Shown here: positions 34,672 to 42,125 of the stretch, piece by piece | How positions within the stretch are numbered: position 1 is the stretch's first letter | How the letters are laid out: every line of letters starts with the position of its first letter | Assembly (NCBI GenBank): GCA_963809895.1 | Contig: CAWELD010000003.1 | Span: forward strand, 1,984,001-2,048,000 | Source of the DNA: an uncultured Gemmatimonadales bacterium | GTDB taxonomy: Bacteria > Gemmatimonadota > Gemmatimonadetes > Longimicrobiales > Gaopeijiaceae | Direction: 5' to 3' | Length of the DNA: 64,000 bases | Notes under the pieces: model-generated | What the model was told of the DNA's origin: nothing | What the model saw: the letters and a program-made list of their open reading frames with translations, nothing else | Database searches by the model: none | Translations under genes and position numbers: made by a program

Positions 34672-35313
34672 TCAGGCCCGGGCGCGGGCCAGCTCGGCCG
34701 CGCGCTCGACGCATCGGAGGATCTTGTTGTAGTCGGCGCAGCGGCAGAGGTTGCCGGACAGCGCCCGGGCTGCCTCGTCGCGGGTGGGGTCGGGATTCGA
34801 CGCCACCAGCGCGGTCATGCTCATGATGAAGCCGGGCGCGCAGAAGGCACACTGGAAGCCACCCTCGTCGAGCACGGCCTGCTGAACCGGATGCAGGCGG
34901 CCCGTGTCGGGATCCTCGAGCCCTTCGATGGTGGTGACGGAGCGCCCGCGCACCTGATGCGTCAGGGTCGAGCAGCTGTAGTGGGGCACGCCGTCCAGGA
35001 GCACCGTGCAGGCGCCGCACTCGGCCCGGTCACAGCCCAGCTTGGTGCCGGTGAGCCCCAGCTTGTAGCGGAGCGTCATGGCCAGCGTCTCCTGCGGGAG
35101 CACGTCGACCCGCCGCTGCTGACCGTTGACGGTGAGGGTGACGAGCCGCTCGGCCGTGCCCTGGGCCGCCGTGAGCGCCAGCAGGCCTCCGGAGGATCCC
35201 CGGAAGAGATAGCCCACCGAGGACACGCTGGCCCCGGCGGCGATGACGCCCTTGATGAAGGTGCGCCGGGAGACCTGCCGCTCCAGAACGCCCTGGATCT
35301 CCGCCTCGTCCAT
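34672..35313 (-). CDS. 2Fe-2S subunit with Tat signal (PaoA-like)
   Basis: SRRTFIK twin-arginine motif; GCDRAECGACT, QCAFCAPG, GNLCRC. Confidence 0.92.
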   Translation of the reverse strand: MDEAEIQGVLERQVSRRTFIKGVIAAGASVSSVGYLFRGSSGGLLALTAAQGTAERLVTLTVNGQQRRVDVLPQETLAMTLRYKLGLTGTKLGCDRAECGACTVLLDGVPHYSCSTLTHQVRGRSVTTIEGLEDPDTGRLHPVQQAVLDEGGFQCAFCAPGFIMSMTALVASNPDPTRDEAARALSGNLCRCADYNKILRCVERAAELARARA

Positions 35314-35594
35314 ACAGCGCGACCTCCGCTTCGAAGTGGGTGCCGGCGGGCAAGATAGGATGCGGTGGGCACGGGCGCGAGCGAGGTGGTGCGCCATGAT
35401 GGGGAAAAGTCCCACAGGAGACTCAGGCCGCCCCCCACATCGGATTACACCCGCGCCGTACGAAGATCTACGTGCTCTTCCGGGGTGCACTGGGTACACG
35501 GCCCGAACCGTGTGCAGCCCTCCGCACATCGGTGACGGCTCCACTGGATCCGTGCACCGCTCGTGTGAACCGCAGCCTGGAGGAAAAATTGAGG

Positions 35595-36686
35595 ATGCGC
35601 ACGCCCCTCTTGTTGGGGGTGACGACGCTGGCGTTCCTGTTGGTGGGATGCGAAGGTCCCGCCGGACCTGAAGGGCCGGAAGGCCCGCAAGGTCAGGTTG
35701 GTCCCACCGGCCCGCAGGGTCCTGCTGGCCCTGCTGGACAGAACGCGAACGAGGACTGCACCCAATGCCACTCGGACGATACCGACATCTTCGCCCGGCA
35801 GGTGCAGTACCAGAGCTCGACGCACTTCACTGGAGGTAACTTCGAGAGAAGCACCACCGATTGCGCCCCGTGCCACACGCACGAGGGCTTCGTGGAGCGC
35901 CTGGCGACGGGAGCCCAGGTCACCGCGGCGGACATCGAAAATCCGTCGCCGGTAAATTGCCGGACCTGTCACCAGATCCACACCACGTACACGGACGCGG
36001 ATTTCGCGCTCACCACCACAGCGCCCGTGCAGCTCTGGGCCGGCGGTGAGGTGAATTTCGGGGATGGCAACCTGTGCGCCCAGTGCCACCAGGGCCGTCC
36101 CCTGGATGCTGCCGAGATGCCGACGATCGGCGGAGCCGACGTGACCTTCACGTCATCCCGCTACGGCTACCACCACGGGCCTCAGGCCCAGATCATGGGT
36201 GGACTCGGTGCGTTCGAGTTCTCCGGTCCCGCCACCATCTCCGGCGGGCCTCACTTCCACGGTGGCGCCAGCGTCGGCTGCAACACCTGCCACATGGCGC
36301 AGCCCTTCGGTGCTCAGGCCGGAGGCCACACGTGGAACATGTCGTACGAGTATCACGGCAACGAAGTCGACAACGTCGCCGGCTGCATGACCTCCGGCTG
36401 CCACTCCAACGTGGATGACTTCGGCCTGTACGGTGTGCAGGACGAGGTGGCCAGCATGATGGACGAGCTGCGCGGCCTCCTGCGGACCATCGGCATCGTG
36501 GAGCCCGACAGCGACAGCCGCGTGCCCGGCACGTGGCCCGCCGACGTCGCGGCCGCCGCGATCAACTTCCAGATGGTCCTGGAAGACCGGAGCATGGGGA
36601 TCCACAACCCCACGTACGTGAAGGCGCTCCTCCAGAACACCATCGCCAAGATGCAGCCCCTGGCTGCCGCCGCGGCCGCTCAGTAG
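35595..36686 (+). CDS. Multiheme c-type cytochrome lipoprotein with collagen-like N-terminal stalk
   Basis: LVGC lipobox; 10 Gly-X-Y triplets; CTQCH, CAPCH, CRTCH, CAQCH, CNTCH plus CMTSGCH; C-terminal DRSMGIHNPTY. Confidence 0.9.
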   Translation: MRTPLLLGVTTLAFLLVGCEGPAGPEGPEGPQGQVGPTGPQGPAGPAGQNANEDCTQCHSDDTDIFARQVQYQSSTHFTGGNFERSTTDCAPCHTHEGFVERLATGAQVTAADIENPSPVNCRTCHQIHTTYTDADFALTTTAPVQLWAGGEVNFGDGNLCAQCHQGRPLDAAEMPTIGGADVTFTSSRYGYHHGPQAQIMGGLGAFEFSGPATISGGPHFHGGASVGCNTCHMAQPFGAQAGGHTWNMSYEYHGNEVDNVAGCMTSGCHSNVDDFGLYGVQDEVASMMDELRGLLRTIGIVEPDSDSRVPGTWPADVAAAAINFQMVLEDRSMGIHNPTYVKALLQNTIAKMQPLAAAAAAQ

Positions 36687-36712
36687 CGCGTCGCGGGACG
36701 AATCCCTCGAAC

Positions 36713-36752
36713 CCGCCCGTCTCCGGCTGCCTAGCGCGCCGGAGGCGGGCGG
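36713..36752. terminator. Strong GC hairpin after the cytochrome gene
   Basis: CCGCCCGTCTCCGGC...GCCGGAGGCGGGCGG, no clear U-tract. Confidence 0.45.
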
Positions 36753-36770
36753 CCCTCCCGGAGAATCCCC

Positions 36771-37256
36771 ATGTCCCGAGCCCCTGCGCTGCTCACCCTC
36801 CTCCTGGGCCTCGCCGCCTGCGCCAACGGACCCGTCACCGAGCTCCGCCCCGGCGACAAGGCACAGATCGAGGAGGTGGTGCAGGCGGCAGCCGAGCAGT
36901 GGTCGCTGGACCTCAACGGCCACGACGTCGACGCGCTGCTCGGACACTATCTGCAGACCGAGGACTTCGTCTACGTGGGCATCACCGAGGTCGCGCCCGG
37001 ATTCGACGCGTACGAAGCCCGGGCCCGCACCTGGAACCAGGTCAAGCCCGACGTGACGTTCCAGCACGAGATCATGAACGTGCGCGCCCTGGATCACACC
37101 ACGGCCACCGTGGTCACCCGAGGCACGTCGTCCGAGGGTGAGACCGTCACCTGGAGCCAGGTGTGGACGCTGGGCGAGGACGGCGTCTGGCGCATCGCGC
37201 TGGAGCACGAGTCCTGGCCCCAGTGCGTGGAGCCGGCGGGGACGCATCCGGGGTAG
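36771..37256 (+). CDS. NTF2/SnoaL-like (DUF4440-like) lipoprotein
   Basis: LAAC lipobox; DVDALLGHY; WRIALEHES C-terminus. Confidence 0.75.
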   Translation: MSRAPALLTLLLGLAACANGPVTELRPGDKAQIEEVVQAAAEQWSLDLNGHDVDALLGHYLQTEDFVYVGITEVAPGFDAYEARARTWNQVKPDVTFQHEIMNVRALDHTTATVVTRGTSSEGETVTWSQVWTLGEDGVWRIALEHESWPQCVEPAGTHPG

Positions 37257-37278
37257 GGGCGGGGTCGCGTCCTCCTCC

Positions 37279-37359
37279 GCGCACGAAACCTACTTTATGG
37301 CGTGCACGAATGTTGTCTTTCGATGTGCACAAATGCTATCTTTGGCCGTGCACAAGTGC
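37279..37359. repeat. Four direct repeats at exact 23-bp period (G[CT]GCAC[GA]A core) upstream of the AAA gene
   Basis: Cores start at 37279, 37302, 37325 and 37348. Confidence 0.8.
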
Positions 37360-37404
37360 AGGCGATGACGGATGACCTGGACTCTGCCACGTGCTGGAGA
37401 GGCG

Positions 37405-38677
37405 ATGCTCTACATCGACCGAATCGTCGACAGCGTCCTCGACGAACTACAGGCGGCTCTGCCAGCGATCTCTCTGGAGGGTCCCAAGGCCGTCGGCAAG
37501 ACCCGAACCGCGCTGAGGCGGGCAAAAACGACCTACCGGCTCGACGACCCGGCACAGCGCGAAATCGTAGCGGCCGACCCCGCGCGACTCGTTCAGGGGG
37601 AGCCTCCGATCCTCATCGACGAGTGGCAGCGCGTGCCGGAATCCTGGGACATCGTACGACGAGCCGTCGACGATGATCCGAAGGCCGGTCGCTTCCTTCT
37701 GACGGGATCGGCCACACCCAGCCCGGGACCCACGCACTCGGGAGCGGGGCGGATCGTCACGGTACGAATGCGACCTCTCACCCTGGCGGAGCGGGGTGTC
37801 GAGACTCCCGTCGTGAGCTTGCGGCAACTGCTCGGAGGTGGGAGGCCCGATATCCAGGGGCGGACCAGCGCGACCTTGTCCGACTACACGGCCGAGATCA
37901 TCTCCTCGGGCTTTCCCGATGTTCGCCCGCTCACCGGCCGTCCCCTCCGAGAGCAACTCGGCAGCTATCTTCAGCGAATTGTAGACGTCGACTTCGAGGA
38001 GGCCGGCCGGTCGGTTCGGGAAGCCGGGGACGCTCCGACGTTGGATGACCGCATTCGCTGCGGCTACAGCGACATCCGCCTCCTACGAGTCCATTCGAGA
38101 TGCGGCCACCGGGGGCGAAGGAGACAAGCCGTCCTACAGCGCGACAAGGCCGTATCGCGAGACGCTGGAACGTCTCTGGATCGTCGACGAAGTGCCCGCG
38201 TGGATCCCGTCCAGAAACGACCTATCGCAACTCACACAGAAGCCCAAGCATCACCTCGCCGATCCAGCTCTCGCGGCGCGGCTCCTCGGCGTCGATGCCG
38301 GGGCGCTCCTGGAGGGTACTGAGCCCATTCCAGACATCCCGCGGGACGGGACGCTTCTCGGACACCTCTTCGAATCCCTCGTGACGCAGTCCGTTCGCGT
38401 CTACGCAGAGGCAGCCGAAGCGAGTCTGGGACATCTCAGGACCCGTGGCGGTCGGCATGAGATCGACTTGATCGTGCAGCGTGCCGACAGCCGGATCGTC
38501 GCCATCGAAGTCAAGCTGGGTCGTACCGTCCAGGACGACGATGTCGAGCATCTGCTCTGGCTCAAGAGGCAGGTGGGACGGGATCTGCTCGACGCCCTCG
38601 TCGTGACCACCGGTGTCGAGGCGTATCGGCGGAAAGACGGCATCGGTGTGGTGCCGGCGGCGTTGCTCGGCCCGTGA
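37405..38677 (+). CDS. AAA+ ATPase with DUF4143 / PD-(D/E)xK C-terminal domain; frameshift ~38019
   Basis: GPKAVGKT, ILIDEWQ, LTGSA, KHHLADP, GHLFES, EIDLIV...AIEVK. Confidence 0.88.
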
Positions 38678-38684
38678 CAGCCCC

Positions 38685-38746
38685 TCCTTGCGCCAAATCT
38701 CAATGAGCCGGGTGGGGGTCGAACCCACGACCTACGGATTGAAAGT
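38685..38746. repeat. att core: displaced copy of the tRNA-Lys 3' half plus 19 nt of flank
   Basis: TCCTTGCGCCAAATCTCAATGAGCCGGGTGGGGGTCGAACCCACGACCTACGGATTGAAAGT vs 41104-41165. Confidence 0.9.
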
Positions 38747-38930
38747 GCGACCCAGGCTCTTGTGCGCCGTTCGTTCTTGGTGTGCTACGCATTGTGGCAT
38801 AGGGTCTTACGCCAGACCGGTCTTGAGCGAAGTTGTGGCTCGTTGGTGGCGGTTCTGGCGCATCATGCACGACGCGTGCACGAGTCGGTCCTGGGCGGAA
38901 GCACCCCGAGGGAGCCAGCCGAGCCATCCG

Positions 38931-40598
38931 CTAGGACCCAATCTCCACTGTCCACTCCACGAGCTTCAGTTCCCCGCTCGTCAAGGCCGGAACATCAAAC
39001 GAGTCCCTCCCTTCGACAGATTCCACCCACACGCGGACCGGTAGGAATGGCCGAACGTGACAGAGTACGAAGACCCCGTCCTCCGAAATCTCCGATGAAT
39101 ACCCCTCTTCAAGTCTCGTCGCCTCCGGGTGTCGCACGCTCTGCGGGCGGCTGAGAATCGCATTCGCTCCAATCGCACCACCGGATAGCGGGCGCCCATC
39201 TTCCCTGTCATACACGACGCCGACGATCGCGGCCACGCCAGGGTCGAGGTCACCGCAAGAGCTTCGAACCACCGAAGCCAGCGAAGCGAGCACCAACTCT
39301 ATCGACGTGTTGGTGCCGGGCGAAACGCCTACCGTCACGCCTGACGCCCCTCCCATCGGGTCCAACCAAGCCAGCGGGTGCTCGACCGACACCTGGTATC
39401 CTCCTGCTTTGATGCCGGTGAGACGGAAATGGCCCTCAGAGTCTGTGTTGCCGACAATGCCGCCAGGGTCGAGCCGCACCCGTGTTGAGACAGCATCGCC
39501 AGTCGCCGATCGGACAATCCCCTCCACCGTCCCTGTGCCCGACAAGGGAAACTCCATCGCCGGAGGAACCGATGTCACATTCGTAGCCTCACCGCCAATC
39601 CGAGTGAGTCCCACGACCGTTCGCCGGCCAACTCTCACGTCCAGGCCCATATTCGGTAGGCGGAGTTCCCAGGATCTCACATATCCGTAACCCTCCGGCA
39701 GGACGTCAAAGACGATCCTACCTCCGACATTGTCACCCTTCTCGACCCCCGCCACACGTGTATACTGGAATTCAACTTCGTCGAGCGCCGACGCCCCCGT
39801 CTTGAACCACAAGGTACCCTCAATGTCGGGCACGACTCGGCCCATCACTGGCTCGAAGGCTAGGCCTAGGCGCGACCCGTTCCGGACGGGCCGGAAACAG
39901 TGATCATCCACGAATTCATCAGACAGGAGTACTTGTAGGTCCGGCCCGTACCACACGACCTGATCCCCCTCTTCCCGCACGTAGCCCTCCTCCTTCAAGC
40001 GCGCTGCTGGTAGACTCCGAAAGGGATGTTCCGCGACTCCGCGACGGACTGACGACGTGACCGGTGATGTCCCGCCCGGACCTTCATCTTCTTGCAGTCG
40101 ATACGTGCGGCTGGTGAACGTCACACGTTGCTCCTGCGCCGCAAGACTCGTCGCTTCAAGCGCTTTTTGAGCCTCGGCCCACAGGTCAACGGCGGCGCTG
40201 CCGGTTTGGTCGGCATCCAGATGTTCACAACGTGAATCAACGCTGACCGCAAGGCCTTCAAGCCTCACCGCCGCTGCCCGGAGTCGGATATCGACTCGCG
40301 TCACCTCTTCCTCCGAAAGCTCTCTCCATTCCGTCGTATCTGTCGCCAAGCCAATGTGCTGGGCTAGGACGCGCCATCTGCCGCTACTCGGTAGCCGCAG
40401 CACAAAACTGCCGTCAGGATGGGTAAGCGTCCGCAGAACTCTTCCACTCGATGACTCCGCCTGTACCACCGCCACAGCGACAGGTTGGCTGGAGCCAAGT
40501 TCTGAAACGGTACCGACAATGACCTGTCCTCTCACCGTGGTTGGCGAAACGAGAGCCCCCATGAAGAAACCCAGACCAGCGAGCCGGAACTGACGCAT
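38931..40598 (-). CDS. Exported carboxypeptidase-regulatory-like domain protein
   Basis: Signal peptide, IVGTV...DGSFVL...IG, GPDLQVLLSDEFVDDHCF, repeated TDSEGHFRL / GVFVLC domains. Confidence 0.75.
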   Translation of the reverse strand: MRQFRLAGLGFFMGALVSPTTVRGQVIVGTVSELGSSQPVAVAVVQAESSSGRVLRTLTHPDGSFVLRLPSSGRWRVLAQHIGLATDTTEWRELSEEEVTRVDIRLRAAAVRLEGLAVSVDSRCEHLDADQTGSAAVDLWAEAQKALEATSLAAQEQRVTFTSRTYRLQEDEGPGGTSPVTSSVRRGVAEHPFRSLPAARLKEEGYVREEGDQVVWYGPDLQVLLSDEFVDDHCFRPVRNGSRLGLAFEPVMGRVVPDIEGTLWFKTGASALDEVEFQYTRVAGVEKGDNVGGRIVFDVLPEGYGYVRSWELRLPNMGLDVRVGRRTVVGLTRIGGEATNVTSVPPAMEFPLSGTGTVEGIVRSATGDAVSTRVRLDPGGIVGNTDSEGHFRLTGIKAGGYQVSVEHPLAWLDPMGGASGVTVGVSPGTNTSIELVLASLASVVRSSCGDLDPGVAAIVGVVYDREDGRPLSGGAIGANAILSRPQSVRHPEATRLEEGYSSEISEDGVFVLCHVRPFLPVRVWVESVEGRDSFDVPALTSGELKLVEWTVEIGS

Positions 40599-40846
40599 GA
40601 TTACAACCCGAGGTTGCGGTCGTCCTCGCAGAAATCCTCAGAAGCACTGAGCACGTTGACGTGCGGCACGTCATACCCGTTCGAACGTGGTGATCGCGCT
40701 ATGCTCATCTGCCCAAAGCACCCGCCAATCGGTTGGGAGCCAAAACTGCTTCGGTTCTCCCCCTTGGACACGGAGTGCCAGCCAAAGTCGCTCTGCTTCA
40801 ACGAAGCGGTTCGTACCAACTAGCACGCAGGCATCGTCCGTGGCAA

Positions 40847-41021
40847 TCAGGTCCTCAAACGCCGGGTAGCGCGCCGGAACTCGCCGGCGGCGTCGATCAC
40901 CGTGACTCGAGCCGTGGCTTGGTCAGATACCCAGATGCCCGACAACGCAATACCCACCGTCCCGCCCAATTGCCGTCGCCGGGTCTCCCAACCGGGCCCC
41001 CGTGACCCAAGACCTGGCATG
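40847..41021 (-). pseudogene. Fragment of a propeller/NHL-like gene
   Basis: Reads GSRGPG...IWVSDQATARVTVIDAAGEFRR, resembling an NHL blade; no complete ORF. Confidence 0.35.
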
Positions 41022-41122
41022 AGGGGCACAGGCTTCGTGCACGACATCTGCACGATTTGACCGTCATTTCGCCATGTGACCGCAAGCACACCAAACGCGT
41101 AAGTCCTTGCGCCAAATCCCAA

Positions 41123-41195
41123 TGAGCCGGGTGGGGGTCGAACCCACGACCTACGGATTAAAAGTCCGTTGCTCTGCCAGCTGAGCTACCGGCTC
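41123..41195 (-). tRNA. tRNA-Lys (anticodon TTT), CCA not encoded
   Basis: GAGCCGG-TAGCTCAGCTGGCAGAGC-A-ACGGA-CTTTTAA-TCCGT-AGGTC-GTGGG-TTCGACC-CCCAC-CCGGCTC-A cloverleaf. Confidence 0.97.
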
Positions 41196-41204
41196 CGAGT
41201 CCAT

Positions 41205-41233
41205 AACCTAGGGCTCCGACTTGCGGTCGAGAA
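41205..41233 (-). promoter_or_regulatory. Putative sigma70 promoter for tRNA-Lys
   Basis: TTCTCG-N17-TAGGTT. Confidence 0.45.
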
Positions 41234-41422
41234 GGAGGTCTCCGGGTCCGGTTGCGGCATCGGCCCGGTCGCTCTCGACGGTGTACGGCCTCGTCAGGGC
41301 CGGAGGCAGTGGGCCTCATGGGGGCGAGAAGCGTCGTGACGAAGCGGCGGAGCGGCTCGGGTGTCGCGGACGCGGTGGAGGGGGATGGTGATCGCTGCCA
41401 TGGAGGGTCGGATCGCGACGAG

Positions 41423-41563
41423 AGGGCTGCGAACACCATGACTGTCATGGTGTCTGCAGCCCTGGACACACGCCGCCCCCTCCGTGGCTGCGAACGCCAG
41501 GATAATCCTGGACTTTGCAGCCCTCGCCCCTCGCCGCGGGCGTCCGTGGCTGCGAAAGGCCAC
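41423..41563. repeat. REP-like palindromic units at ~61-62 bp period
   Basis: GGCTGCGAA at 41425, 41486 and 41548; units 1-2 closed by TGCAGCCC with different self-complementary centres. Confidence 0.65.
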
Positions 41564-41695
41564 CTGAGGACCGCCTGACGCGGGGCCGCCACGAGCGCTA
41601 CCGCTCCGAGCACCCACAGCACGCGCAGACGGCGGCCCGGTCGGGCGACGCCCCCCGAAACGCGCCCAGCCGTTGCAACCCTCGCCCGTCCAACG

Positions 41696-41745
41696 ATGTC
41701 TATATCATAAACATTGTTTCTAAAACATTGCTTTCATGGTATCGT
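41696..41745 (+). promoter_or_regulatory. AT-rich promoter/operator of the padR-ADOP operon
   Basis: ATGTCTA-N5-TAAACAT imperfect palindrome; AAACATTG repeated at 41709 and 41723; TG-n-TATCGT extended -10. Confidence 0.5.
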
Positions 41746-41789
41746 AGTGCTCGACGACCTGCCCGCCATCCCCCGAGACACGATCCGAT

Positions 41790-42119
41790 ATGAGTGACGA
41801 CAGCGCCGGCGAGTTCGAGCAGATGGTCCTTCTGGCCGTGCTCCACCTGGGCGACGAAGCCTACGGGGTGCCGGTGGTGGAGGAGATCCGCAGGCGCACG
41901 GGACGCGGCGTGCTGCGGCCCGCCGTCTACGTGGCGCTGCGCCGGCTGGAGAAGAAGGGGCTGGTGCAGTCGCGCACCGGCGATCCGCTTCCCGAGCGGG
42001 GGGGGCGCGCGCGGAAGTTCTACGACGTCACGCCGTCGGGGATGGAGGTGGTGCGCGACGCGCGCCAGGCGTGGCTCTCCATGTGGGACGGGCTGCAGAC
42101 GGTCCTGGACGAGCGCTGA
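41790..42119 (+). CDS. PadR family transcriptional regulator
   Basis: GEFEQMVLLA, AYGVPV, VYVALRRLEKKG, RGGRARKFY. Confidence 0.92.
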   Translation: MSDDSAGEFEQMVLLAVLHLGDEAYGVPVVEEIRRRTGRGVLRPAVYVALRRLEKKGLVQSRTGDPLPERGGRARKFYDVTPSGMEVVRDARQAWLSMWDGLQTVLDER

Positions 42120-42125
42120 ACAGCC

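Larger units (their letters stand above)
38685..41165. mobile_element. Integrase-less genomic islet at the tRNA-Lys 3' end
   Basis: 62-bp direct repeats at 38685-38746 and 41104-41165 (2 mismatches) containing the tRNA 3' half; lower-GC cargo. Confidence 0.85.

Noticed and set aside
35314..35594. Moco/Wco or c-di-GMP riboswitch upstream of the Mo-enzyme and cytochrome genes (also 17903-18028, 52441-52713)
   Set aside because: No recognisable consensus by eye; an Rfam scan would be needed to exclude one formally
37279..37359. CRISPR array (also considered for 41423-41563 and 15091-15144)
   Set aside because: Repeats are too short or degenerate, lack repeat-spacer geometry, and no cas genes are present
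38704..38746. Second tRNA gene
   Set aside because: Only the 3' half is present, with no D-arm or 5' acceptor strand; it is the att duplicate
40601..40823. Small Cys-containing ORFs in the islet as RiPP precursors
   Set aside because: No RBS, motif or modifying enzymes; more consistent with debris
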